From NCBI GenBank assembly GCA_045863235.1, contig BTUM01000066.1:1-44238 (forward strand): DNA of 44,238 bases. Direction: 5' to 3'. Position numbers and translations under genes: made by a program. The notes beneath the pieces are model-generated. The model had not been told where the DNA came from, ran no database searches, and saw only the letters and a program-made list of their open reading frames with translations. Origin of the DNA: Candidatus Xenobia bacterium. Its GTDB lineage: Bacteria; Vulcanimicrobiota; Xenobia; Xenobiales; QWHO01. Below are positions 9,297-19,233 of this stretch, piece after piece (position 1 is the stretch's first letter; each line of letters begins with the position of its first letter).

Positions 9297-10217
9297 CGCA
9301 CGGCCAGCTCGAGGGCGCCCTGCAACCAGGCTGCTTCCTCCTCGGTGGCGGGGAAGTAGACCTTTTGCACCGAGCGGTCGTCCAGCACGGTCATGCCGTT
9401 TGCGTCGATGCGCACCTCCTCCACCTTGCCCAGGTCGAAGCGCTTGCGCCACGAGAGGCCGAGCAGGTGGGTGCGCACGCACAGCCCCTCCCGGGAGGCC
9501 TCGACCACCTTACCCAGGGCAGCCAGCAGCTCGCGGCCCAACATCGCCAGCACAGTCGGCAGAGCAAAGAGCGTCATCATCGCCGCGGCGACCAGAACCA
9601 CCGGAGGCTCCATCGTTCCCAGCTTGACGGGCTCGCGCAGGGGCGGGATGAAAAAGGCCAGAGCACCCGTAACGACCACCAGGGCAACCCCGAAGGCGAA
9701 CACCGTGACCAGGGGCCGGCCCAGTCCCTCGCGCGGCAGGACAATCTCCATTCGCGGGAGGCCGGACCGCATCGCCAGGCGTCCGGGAGCCGGACCCAGC
9801 GCTCGCTCGGGAGCCGGTGCCATCGTGGCCCAGGGAGTGTCCAGCTCGCGGTAGCTGCGAGTCACCTTCTGGCCCATCCCCTCGTCGCGCAGGTCGACCT
9901 CGAGTGCTCGGGCCAACCGCTCTGCGGTGAGTCGAGCAGACAGGTAGCTGCGGGGGTCATCCAGCTCGATCTCGTTTGCCTTCATCTTGAGCCGGACCGG
10001 ATAGACCGTCTTGGAGCTGTTCTCGCCGGCCCGGCGTCTTTCGCAGCGGATGCTGACCTGCTCCAGGTCGGTCAGGGGCAGGGGAGCTTGTGGTCCGCGC
10101 AGACTGACCAGTGTGAAGGTCTTAGCCTGACGATCCACGATCAGCTCATGAGGAATGCCCCGGATGCGGCCGCTCAACAGGTGGATGAAGAGCAGCGCGA
10201 AGCAGAGGACCCCGAGG
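9287..10217 (-). pseudogene. 5'-truncated membrane protein gene
   Basis: The protein-like sequence (several TM helices) begins exactly where duplication copy B ends; the predicted start lies inside the duplicated DNA. Confidence 0.55.
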
Positions 10218-11285
10218 GGGCAAGAACGGGTTGGCCAACGAGAACACATCGCGCGCGTCGTTGGTGTCGTCCACGACCAGGTCGGAGGCGTCGGAGGAGA
10301 AGACGATGATGCGCCCGTCGGCGGAGATGTCGGGGAAGAAGCTGCCGCCGTTGCCGGTGTTGGTCACGTCCAGGTTGAGGCTGAGGGCGCGGGTCTCGCC
10401 GGTCTGGGCGTCGTGGACGAAGACGTCCTTCACGCCATTGGTATCGCCCGCAACGAGGTTGGTGGCATCGGACCAGAAGGCAACGAAGCGTCCGTCGGCC
10501 GAGATGCGGGGAGCACCGCTGATGGCGTTGCCCGGGTTGTTTCCCGATTCGACGCTGACCCGGCTGGTCACGCCGGCGGCGGCATCGCGCACCAGGACGT
10601 CACCGACCCCGGGGAGGCCGCCCGGCACAAGGTTGGTGGCCCCGGACTCGAAGGCGATCAGGTTGCCGTCCGCGGAGATGGACGACAGGCCGCAGAACCC
10701 GTCCGACTGGCCGCCGCCGGTGGACACGCTCACCAGGATGGTCTGGCCGGTCTGGGGATCGTGGCGGAAGACGTCTACCTGGTTGTTGATGTCGTTGGCG
10801 ACGAGGTTGGTCGCGTCGGAGTCGAAGGTAACCAGGCCATTGGCGGAAACAGCAGCTCTTGCGCTGTCTCCGTTGCTTTGATTGCCAGCCGAATCCAGGC
10901 TCACGCGCTGGGTGCTGGGAGTCACTCGATTCCGCAGGTAGGCGTCACTGACGCCGGTCGTTTTGTCGGGCACCAGATCCAGGGCAAACGAATGAAAGGC
11001 GATGAAAATACCGTCCCCGGCGGTGGCGGGCTCATCGCTGAACGCGTCTCCCTGAACCCCGGCCGAGCTCACGCTCTGCCTCGTGATGCCGTTCGTCACC
11101 GGCACCGGGGGCGGAGGCGGTGGTGGTGGCGGCGGAGGAGGCGGGGGCGGAGGATCCGGCACGAACGCGAAAGGCGGCGGGGTTGTGGCTCCCGTCCCGC
11201 CGCCTCCGCATCCGGGCGCGAAGAGACAGGCTGCGCCGAGGATACCGAGCAGGGCGCCGGCCGCAAGATTCATGCGCTTTTTCAT
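10146..11285 (-). CDS. TolB-like lipoprotein, copy B (123-codon internal deletion, read-through tail)
   Basis: Near-identical to 528-1973. It jumps from one DVFVHD blade to a later one, and the stop after NPFLP is replaced by 23 foreign residues. Confidence 0.8.
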   Translation of the reverse strand: MKKRMNLAAGALLGILGAACLFAPGCGGGGTGATTPPPFAFVPDPPPPPPPPPPPPPPPPVPVTNGITRQSVSSAGVQGDAFSDEPATAGDGIFIAFHSFALDLVPDKTTGVSDAYLRNRVTPSTQRVSLDSAGNQSNGDSARAAVSANGLVTFDSDATNLVANDINNQVDVFRHDPQTGQTILVSVSTGGGQSDGFCGLSSISADGNLIAFESGATNLVPGGLPGVGDVLVRDAAAGVTSRVSVESGNNPGNAISGAPRISADGRFVAFWSDATNLVAGDTNGVKDVFVHDAQTGETRALSLNLDVTNTGNGGSFFPDISADGRIIVFSSDASDLVVDDTNDARDVFSLANPFLPPRGPLLRAALHPPVERPHPGHSS

Positions 11286-11810
11286 CGAGGTGCCTTTCAC
11301 GAGTCGACGGACCTAGTTGAAGTCGCGCCAGTAGACGACGCGCATCGAGTCGGTGGCATTGAGGAACTGGTTGAGGTCGAGCGAGAAACTGCCCCGGCGC
11401 ACTGCCTCGGATTTGGTGGCCTGATACTGCCTGTCCATCACCGAGAGCATCGAGCGATACTGGTCCTGACCCTCGCGAAAGAACTCTTCCCAGGAAACGT
11501 ACCGAGCGCCCCGGCTACCGTCCGGGTTTCGTCGGGTGGGAACCGGCCTGGATCCGTTCGCGGTCACGGCCTCCTCCAGCGAGGAGTAAGTTGCAGGACC
11601 ATAGGTAAAAGGTACCCTCTGCCCGTCCACACGCGAAAGGTCGAAGTGCCCGGTTTGCTTGTCGAAGAAGTCCTCAGCCTTCAGGCCCGCCGCCAACTGA
11701 GCCCCCCCTACGTTCCCCCACTGCTCTGCCCAAACCCCGGAATCTCCCACTCGAGCTTCACCGCCTCCGGGTCGAACACCACGTCGCAGTTGGTCAGCTT
11801 CATCTCCCCA
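10218..11810 (-). repeat. Copy B of the inverted duplication
   Basis: Reverse complement matches 1-1970. Confidence 0.95.
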
Positions 11811-12480
11811 CCTCCCGAGGCGGACCGGTGCACGAACGCTCCCACCAGCTTCAGATGGGACGCCTCCATCCCGGTCTCGGTATACACCAGCCCCCGAAAA
11901 TACGCCCCGCTCGAGCCGCTCAGGGTCACCTTCCCCCGCGCCACCACGGCGGCCATGTTGTTCGTGCTCAACGCACCCCCACCGGTCACCGTCACGTCCC
12001 CGGTGCAGATAATCGCCCCGCGCCCGGTCACCCCGCCGTTCACGGTCAGGTTCCCGTCCACATACAAGAGCCCGTTGCTCAAAGACAGCCCACTCACGTT
12101 CAGCATCAGGTCCCCCGAGCGGCGCGCCAGGCCGTTCACGGTCAGGCCCGGATAGGAAGCATCCAGCTGCCGCACCACCGTCGGATCGAAGCCCGGGTCG
12201 TAAGCGGCCAGCGGGATCAAGGGCAGAGCGACCGAGCTATGCCGCTCCTCCACCTGGCCCTCCACCGCGACGCCGGAACCACGAGACACAGACCCCACCG
12301 CCTTCACATCTCCAGTCACGCGGGTAGCTGGCCCGGTCAGGGCCACGTTCCCGTTCCCCGCGATATGCCCCGGCTTCAGCTCGCCCAGCGAGGACCCTTT
12401 CACCGAGTCCACCCCCGCCACCAGCATGGGCCCGGAGGCCACGATGCCCGATGACGAAGCGATGCAGTATTCGCTTCGCG
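11313..12480 (-). pseudogene. 5'-truncated, frameshifted beta-helix (PilX-like) protein gene
   Basis: ORFs 11708-12442 and 11313-11750 join if one base is added to the C5 run at 11715-11719. Contains LYVDGNLTVNGGVTGRGAIICTGDVTV-type repeats; no convincing start or N-terminal domain. Confidence 0.7.
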
Positions 12481-12716
12481 TCGCAGCGCGGTGGGCAAGC
12501 TTGGGTTGTGTGGATTCTCCGCGCTCTGAGCGGCAGAGTGGGGGAACTGCGAAACGGCCCGGAGAGCCCTTGCGGTCCGATGGGGACTGGCTCGGCGCCG
12601 ATTCAGGGCGACAGATTTTTCCTCAAACTGGCGCCCGCCAACCGCGTAGGATCGGGGTTTCTCGTATGTCCGGCACAGTCGGCTCACCGTCCTCAGCGCT
12701 TCGCTCCCGTCGTTTC

Positions 12717-13037
12717 TCACTCCCCCGCGGAGGGCGCGGCAGGCTCGGAAGCCTGCCGCAGCTTGAGTCGGCCAGCTTTGAGCGAGGCTTGCTCGTCTTG
12801 GGACAGTTGGACGGGATCTGTCGTCGAAACCGTCCAGACGCTCTTGTCTTGCCCGGGCATACGCGGATGGGATGCTTCGAGCTCTACCAGTAGAATGTCG
12901 TCGTGGAGGAGCTGCCAGCGCGAGCCCGGCTCCGCTTGGGGGTGCTCGTTCAAAGGAGCTCTCCCTGCCACGACCGTCTCTCCGGAAGAGAGATGAAAGA
13001 TGTCCTCAACCGGCCAAACCTTGTTAGAATCCACCAT
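12717..13037 (-). CDS. Putative immunity protein
   Basis: Small ORF whose ATG overlaps the end of the upstream toxin-like pseudogene. Confidence 0.55.
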   Translation of the reverse strand: MVDSNKVWPVEDIFHLSSGETVVAGRAPLNEHPQAEPGSRWQLLHDDILLVELEASHPRMPGQDKSVWTVSTTDPVQLSQDEQASLKAGRLKLRQASEPAAPSAGE

Positions 13038-13810
13038 CCAGCGCCTCCAAGTCACGTTGCCTGAGAATTTTCAAGATATCGACATCGGCTTCACCCAGAC
13101 CCACCAGTCTTTTGTGTCTGATCATGAAGTCCTTGACATGAAACTCCGCGAAGGCGCGGTCGCCCGTGCCCGAGAAAGATTCCCAGCCTCGCTTGCGTCC
13201 CGTGCAAGAACTCCTCCAGCGCGGCCGCCTTGCTCGGCTCCGGCCGCAACAGGATGCTCTGGTTCCCGGGACCACCGGCGCTGGCTTCGGCGCCGCACAT
13301 GTCCAAGAATCGCATGTCGTCCGAGCCTTCGGCAGCGATGTCCACGGTCCGGCCATGCTTGCTCATTCGCGCCAGAAGCTGAGGCGAGGCGGGCTCCACT
13401 CCGCGGAGACAGCCTCTCTCCGAGAAGAGGACCGGTGCGCTCTCGAGTTTCTGCAACCCGCGCCCGGCCGTGCCCACCTTGCCGGCTTCCCCCGCGGGCA
13501 CCGCCACCATGGCCATCTCGAAGTCGAGCCGGCCGCAGAGACGGCCGCCCTCGAAGACCGGGTTGGACCGCAGCGCCTGGAGCTTATCACTCAGCAGCTC
13601 GCGTGCGCCGTGCGCGCCCTGCCGGATGCGCTCTCCGGTCGGGTCTCCTCCCCCGAGCTTCTTCTCCACCGCGCCAGCCTGCCGGGTGAGCTGCTCAGGA
13701 GGCTGACGCCGGGAATCGGCGATTCTTCCAGGGCCTGTCCAGCCCTCTCCTTCAACTCGCCCTCGAGATAGAGGCCGGTCTGAGCGGTCTTGAGCGTGCG
13801 CGCCCCAACC
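13024..13810 (-). pseudogene. Polymorphic toxin fragment with a zincin-like metallopeptidase tip, frameshifted
   Basis: SILLRPEPSKAAALEEFLHGTQARLG (ORF 13091-13669) continues as AEFHVKDFMIRHKRLVGL..DVDIL (ORF 13024-13356). A second frame break lies near 13670. Confidence 0.6.
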
Positions 13811-13857
13811 TGTGCTGGCCAGAGGTAACGTGCAAAACCGTCAGCCGAAGACTTAAG

Positions 13858-14341
13858 TTACTCGGACGCCTGGCTCAGCACGTGGTCATAGAGGTCATCG
13901 GCAAGGTAGAAGTTGGCCGCCCGGAGTGCGTCGAGCGACGGCTTGACTACTGGAAGATGGCCGCTCAGTTTCGCCAACAGCAGCACGTCGAGGGTCCCTC
14001 GGAAAAAGACGTTCTCGTTCCTGGCCCGGCGCCGGCCGGGGCCTTCATCGATCAAGAGGTCGCACTGGAGTTCGAGCGCCAGAGAGAGCGCCTCGAGCTC
14101 TCCGGCTCGCATCTCGCCATAAGGCGGAGGGAGCAATCAGGCGCGACGGGTCTTGTTGGAGGGCCCAGCCATCGGCTATAGCGGCGCGCAACTCCCCGTC
14201 GCCAGGCCGCCCGGCCCCTCGTGTAACCACCTCCCCGTAGACCGCCGACGGAATCAGCAGAGGTGAGAAGAGCTTTTTCAGCAGCGAGAAGGACTTGATT
14301 CTGGCCAGGGCAATCAGCGGAGTGGCATCACTGACCGTCAT
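13858..14341 (-). pseudogene. DUF3368-family PIN toxin, frameshifted near 14140
   Basis: VSDATPLIALARI...IPSAVYGEV in one frame; GELEALSLALE...LLIDEGPGRRRA...GTLDVLLLAK in another. Confidence 0.8.
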
Positions 14342-14613
14342 GATTCGCTTGTCTGGCGGCCTGCCTTCCAGCGAGCTAGCGATTCCTCCGGTGACTGAAG
14401 CTCAGTAAAGAAGGGAACGCCGCGCGCGGCCATCAGATCGGCAAACTCCGTCAGGTGCATCCCAAGCAGTTCTGCGCCTGTCATGGCAGCGATCTCATGC
14501 CGTCGAACCAGGTCCAGAACAGCTGCCTCGGACATGGCCCGGTCCGCCTGATCCTTAAAGTGCTCGTGGAAAAAATCAACCACTCGATCATCGCGGAAGT
14601 TCATATTTTTCAA
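14338..14613 (-). CDS. UPF0175-family antitoxin
   Basis: Contains AVLDLVRRHEIAAMTGAELLGM...F..LM..RGV; ATGA overlap with the PIN gene. Confidence 0.75.
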   Translation of the reverse strand: MKNMNFRDDRVVDFFHEHFKDQADRAMSEAAVLDLVRRHEIAAMTGAELLGMHLTEFADLMAARGVPFFTELQSPEESLARWKAGRQTSES

Positions 14614-14964
14614 GTTTGTCTGGCCTCCAAGTTCCCTTTCGCCAGGCTCCTCAACACATCTATCCTAACACACCGCTGCCTGTGGCCACCGGCTAAGTCG
14701 TTTGGCTGGGATGGCTTTAGTATAGACTGGATTCATCAGGGTATTTCCAGTCGTTCATGACCAGGTAGGCGATGAGAGGGATGCAGAGCACTCCTCCCGC
14801 CAGCAATGCGAATCCGAGCGAGTGGGAAGCGGTTGACCGATAAATCAGTCGCTCTTGCATACACAGGATTTCTTCAAATCGCGCGATGACCCCTGGGCGG
14901 GCCAGGAACCCTGTCAGGGCCGGCGAATCCTTCGGTAGTGAGCTCCTGAGAGGAGGCGCGCCTC

Positions 14965-15486
14965 ATGGCCGGCGGCGGTGGCCAGCAGCAACAGGGCAAT
15001 CCCGTAGTCAACCTGATCGAGGGCCTCAAAGGTCTGCTACAGAACGTCCAGACCGTGGCCATGGCCTCGCAGGGAATGGCTCCCACCGAGCCTGCCGACT
15101 CGGTGGGTCCTCCTCAGGTCACCGTCAAGGACCGTCTGGACAACTTCCAGGAGGAGGGTGACGGCCAGCGCCTGATGCGACGCTATGAGGACGGCACCAC
15201 CCGCACCGAGAACGTGGCCAGCGGAGTCATCATGGAAGAGCGTCCCGACGGGTCGCTCTACGTCTCTCTGGCCGAGGGAAGGCTGATCCACCAGGCCGCC
15301 CCGGGCGAGCCCCTGCTGGCCTACGACAGCGTGAACGGAGGGCCGCCCCGGGTGGCCCAGGTCAGCAAGGTTCACTTCGAGGCCGATGCCGAGCCGACCG
15401 TGGCCCTGCACTTCGAGGACGAGCTCGGGGTCCACTTCGTGGAGTTGGATACCCTGCGCTACTTCCGGCTCACCCGACCCCGCTAG
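14965..15486 (+). CDS. Hypothetical protein
   Basis: GGAGG ribosome-binding site and GC3-biased codons. Confidence 0.75.
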   Translation: MAGGGGQQQQGNPVVNLIEGLKGLLQNVQTVAMASQGMAPTEPADSVGPPQVTVKDRLDNFQEEGDGQRLMRRYEDGTTRTENVASGVIMEERPDGSLYVSLAEGRLIHQAAPGEPLLAYDSVNGGPPRVAQVSKVHFEADAEPTVALHFEDELGVHFVELDTLRYFRLTRPR

Positions 15487-15881
15487 GGGTCGACGTAGAG
15501 CACCTGGGTGTTCTTGCCCACCCGGTTGATGGCCGGCTCGGGACGGCCCTCTTTGCGGACGATCTTGACCGTGTTGTAGTTGCCCAGCACGTTGATGGCC
15601 CTCCAGTCGCCGTCCACTACCACGGTGTTGTGGTTGCCCAGCATGTCCGTGGCGCCGCCTGAGGAAACCAGGGTCACGGTGTTGTGGTTGCCCATCAAGA
15701 CCACCGCACAACGGTCGGACTGCCCGATGGCTTTGAGACTGTTGTGGTTGCCCATGATCTGGATCTTGTCCTGACCCGTCAGGGTAACCGTCTCGCTCTG
15801 GTGGTTGCCGACGATGTCCTGTACCTCGGCCAGGGCCGGCGCTCCCAGCACCAGCGCCAGAAAGAGCATTGCTCGCAGCAT
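15483..15881 (-). CDS. Secreted DUF3060-like beta-solenoid protein
   Basis: Signal peptide followed by repeated GNHNxV units. Confidence 0.75.
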   Translation of the reverse strand: MLRAMLFLALVLGAPALAEVQDIVGNHQSETVTLTGQDKIQIMGNHNSLKAIGQSDRCAVVLMGNHNTVTLVSSGGATDMLGNHNTVVVDGDWRAINVLGNYNTVKIVRKEGRPEPAINRVGKNTQVLYVDP

Positions 15882-15935
15882 GGCTGACGAACCCCCTTTG
15901 GTTGAGTGTGCCGGTTCCTTCGACCCCGCCGGGGC

Positions 15936-17930
15936 TCAGCCTTTCTTGCGCAGGCGCACGCCGGGAAGCCTCACGCTGTCATTCTCTTCGCGCAGCCCGG
16001 TCAACCGCTCTCCCTGGTCGAGGTGGCGCACCTCGATCGCCTGGAGGGCGGCCTGGCGCACCAGGCTCAGGGTCTCCTCCAGGCTCAGCTGGCTGTGGGC
16101 CAGCCCTTCAGGATCGTAAAGATGAATGGACCGGGCCAGGCAGCGAACCAGCACCCCGCGCAAGGCGTCGGGCTCATCCCGCCGCGTCGTCAACAGCTCT
16201 CTCGCAAAGTCCACCAGGCGCAGGCCGGGGTCAGGCTCCTGGCTGGGCGGGGTGTGTTGACGCAACTGCTCGAACCAGGCCACCTGCTGCTCGGGGGAGA
16301 CCGAGGGGCACAACCGCTGCAAGAATTCGCTTTCGGGGCTGGCCAGCTGGGGCAGCGTCAGCCTTCCCACCAGGGCCCGGTCGCTCGGGCTGGCTTTGTC
16401 CAGCTGATTCCAGGCGTAGTGCAGATAGTTCTGAGCGGTCAGCTCGGGGGCGCCCGGTAGCCCGGCCAGAAACTTCGCGCGGCCGTCCGGCGAGAGGCTG
16501 GCGATCAACTCGCGCACCTCGGGAGGGACTTCCATCGACAGGCTGGCGGCGATCAGCGCCGATTGCACGACCTGCACCTTTTCATTGACCCCGGTGGTGG
16601 TGGCCAGGTCGTCCAGTCCCTGGTGGGCTGCCTGGCTGGTCTGGGCCTGGCCCTCCAGCAGGGTGAGGAATTCTCTCCCGAGAGACGATTGCTCCTCGCG
16701 CACGCCGCCGTAGTAGCGCTCGCCGGCACGGCTCAAAAAGGTGTGGGCCAGGCGCACCAGGTCGCGGGGCGTATCCAGGCCGGGTTGCTCGAGAAAGGCC
16801 CGGGCCAGGGCCACCCGGGTCTCGGTGCGCCGGCAACGGGGCCAGAGCGAGAGCACGAGCCTGGCGCCGTTCTGCAGGCCGGGACGGCGGCCCATCTCCT
16901 CCACCAGCACCCGGGCGTGCTCGTCGCCGTAAGTCTCGCTCGACAGGCACTTGCGCGCGATGAGCGAGAGGTCGCTGCTCGTTCCCACCCGGGGATGCTC
17001 CAGCACGGCGGCATAGACGGCCGCCTGAGAGCTCTCGTAGGAGGTGGCCCGGGCGGCCCGCAAGGCCAGCTCGGCGGCGGCGGCGCCCCCCGGGAGCCGG
17101 GCCAACACGCCCATCAGGGCCTCTCCTACGGCTGCGCGGGCCATCGGGCCGGCGTCTCCCAGGGTGGATTGCTGCTTCTCCAGCTCGGCCAGCACCGCCT
17201 GGCCCAGGGCCAGCTGCTGCTCGGGGGTGCGCGCATCGAGGTGCTTGAGGGCGGTCTGGTAGACCACCAGCCCGGCCGACCCCGCGTTGCGGGCCAGGTC
17301 GACCGCGCACTGGCAGGCCGGCGCCCATTCGGGGGACGCCTCGGCCAGGCGGGCCATCACCACCGGCCCGGCGCCCTCGCAGTTGAATCCCAGCATGGAG
17401 CGGGCCAACTCGGCAAGCTCGGCAGGGGTGCCCATCCGAGGTTGAACCAGGGCCGCTTTGAGGGCGATCGATTTGCCAAAGTTACCCGGGATCTCGTCGG
17501 CCGCCTGCAACGCCAGGCGGCAGGCCGGGCCGTAGTCCGGGTCGTCGGTCAGGGCCTGCATCCCCTGTCGCAGCTGCTGGACGTCCTCCTGGCGCAGCAG
17601 GCTCTTGACCTGGTCTTGCGCACTGGCGGGTTGGGAACCCTCGACCAGCGGGTCAGCTGTTTGCTCCGGCGGAGGCTGGAGGTGGGCGTGCGGTTTCTCC
17701 GCCTCGGGCGAGGCCAGGCCGACCACCGGCCACCCGAGCAGGGATCCGAGCGAGCTCCAGGCGGTGCTCAGCAGCTTGCCGGAGGTGCTCCTGCGAGGCG
17801 ACTCGGGCCCGGCGCCCCCGCTCAGCTCGAGCTGGTCGGCGGGGTCCTGGCTCTGGACCGGGCGTCCCGGGCTCGCCTGCCCCGCCGCCCGGCTCACGAC
17901 AGGAAAGAGTCGGACCTCGCCGGTGTTCAT
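15936..17930 (-). CDS. Helical-repeat hypothetical protein with the shared C-terminal motif
   Basis: Low-complexity N-terminus, about four helical repeats, ends GLREENDSVRLPGVRLRKKG. Confidence 0.8.
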   Translation of the reverse strand: MNTGEVRLFPVVSRAAGQASPGRPVQSQDPADQLELSGGAGPESPRRSTSGKLLSTAWSSLGSLLGWPVVGLASPEAEKPHAHLQPPPEQTADPLVEGSQPASAQDQVKSLLRQEDVQQLRQGMQALTDDPDYGPACRLALQAADEIPGNFGKSIALKAALVQPRMGTPAELAELARSMLGFNCEGAGPVVMARLAEASPEWAPACQCAVDLARNAGSAGLVVYQTALKHLDARTPEQQLALGQAVLAELEKQQSTLGDAGPMARAAVGEALMGVLARLPGGAAAAELALRAARATSYESSQAAVYAAVLEHPRVGTSSDLSLIARKCLSSETYGDEHARVLVEEMGRRPGLQNGARLVLSLWPRCRRTETRVALARAFLEQPGLDTPRDLVRLAHTFLSRAGERYYGGVREEQSSLGREFLTLLEGQAQTSQAAHQGLDDLATTTGVNEKVQVVQSALIAASLSMEVPPEVRELIASLSPDGRAKFLAGLPGAPELTAQNYLHYAWNQLDKASPSDRALVGRLTLPQLASPESEFLQRLCPSVSPEQQVAWFEQLRQHTPPSQEPDPGLRLVDFARELLTTRRDEPDALRGVLVRCLARSIHLYDPEGLAHSQLSLEETLSLVRQAALQAIEVRHLDQGERLTGLREENDSVRLPGVRLRKKG

Positions 17931-17955
17931 CCCGGGAGGTTCGTCGCCAGAGCGA

Positions 17956-19233
17956 TCAGCCCCTGGCCAGAGCCGTGACCAGGGCTACCAGGGCCCCGGC
18001 CAGCAACGGCACGGCCAGGGTGCGTACCAGCTTGAGCGGCTCCACCTCCGCAAGTCCGGAGGCGTAGATGACCACCGCGGAAACGGGCGAGCTGGTGCGC
18101 CCGAAGGCTCCCCCCAGGCAGGCCAGGGCGGCCAGCAGGGGCGGGTTGTGGGCGGGATCGATCCGACCCAGGAAGGTCTGGGAGAAGGTCAGGATCGGGC
18201 CTGAGCCCGAGCCCGACAAAAACGACAGCGCCCAGGGAAAGCCAAAGGCCAGGAACACGGCCAGGGTACGGTTGTCGCCCACCAGCTCGAGCAGGGCCTG
18301 GGCCAGCCCGATGGCCTTCAGGCCGGCTCCAAAGCACTGGGCCGCGATGGTCAGCGAGATGATGCTGGCGTAGGCATGGCCCATCCCCTCGAAAAAGCTC
18401 TTGCTGAGCGCGCGTAGCTCGCGCCAGGAAAGGAGGGCCGCGGCCACCACGCCGATCAGCATGGCGGTGACCACTCCCAGCCCTCCCCCAACGGTTCCCT
18501 CGGAGGCGGTCAGCAGCCAGGACAGCCCGGGGGTGCCGGCGTGGGCCAGCAGCAGCAAGGTCACCGGCAGGAGGGGCACGAAGGCCCGGATCGGGTCGAG
18601 CCGCAGGGGCTCTGCGTGCACGGCCGGGGCCGAGCGTTCGTGGCCGTGGGAGAGCTGCATGGCCAGCGCGGCCGTCACCACCCCCGCCAGGCTGGCCGGC
18701 AGGATGCGCTGGTGGATGGTCACCGCCTCGAGGCCGGTGCTGCCGGCCACGGCCTGGATGTCCTGGGCCCCCGGGTTGAGCAGGTCGCCACCGAAGGAGG
18801 CTCCCAGCACCAGCGTGGCGGCCCCCACCAGGGGCGAGAAACCGGCTCCGCGCAAGAGTGGCAGCAGCACCGGGCCCAGGGCCGCGGCGGTGCTGGCCTG
18901 GCTGGGCACGGCCAGGTTGACCAGGTAGGCCGCCAGCACGCTACCCGGCAGGAGCAGCGCGCCCGCCCGGCTCAGGGGCGCCGTCAAGGCGGCCACCAGG
19001 TGGCGGTCGCAGCCGGTGGCTGAGAGCACCGCCGCAAAACCCATGGCGGTGCAGATGGGCGCCACCACGCCGGCCACCATGGCCCGGGCGAAGGTGTCGG
19101 GGATCAAGAGCGGCTGACCGGCCAGGGCGGCCATGAGAAAGCCCGAGCCCAGCAGCACCAGGCGCACCTCGGCCCGGCGGGCCAGGAGGTAGATCGTGCC
19201 GGCCACGATCGCAAGGCCAAGCAGCAGGCTCAA
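17956..19233 (-). CDS. DcuC-family C4-dicarboxylate transporter
   Basis: About 12 TM segments; motifs EVRLVLLGSG, LLNPG, SGSG and FGRTSSPVSAVVI. Confidence 0.85.
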   Translation of the reverse strand: MSLLLGLAIVAGTIYLLARRAEVRLVLLGSGFLMAALAGQPLLIPDTFARAMVAGVVAPICTAMGFAAVLSATGCDRHLVAALTAPLSRAGALLLPGSVLAAYLVNLAVPSQASTAAALGPVLLPLLRGAGFSPLVGAATLVLGASFGGDLLNPGAQDIQAVAGSTGLEAVTIHQRILPASLAGVVTAALAMQLSHGHERSAPAVHAEPLRLDPIRAFVPLLPVTLLLLAHAGTPGLSWLLTASEGTVGGGLGVVTAMLIGVVAAALLSWRELRALSKSFFEGMGHAYASIISLTIAAQCFGAGLKAIGLAQALLELVGDNRTLAVFLAFGFPWALSFLSGSGSGPILTFSQTFLGRIDPAHNPPLLAALACLGGAFGRTSSPVSAVVIYASGLAEVEPLKLVRTLAVPLLAGALVALVTALARG

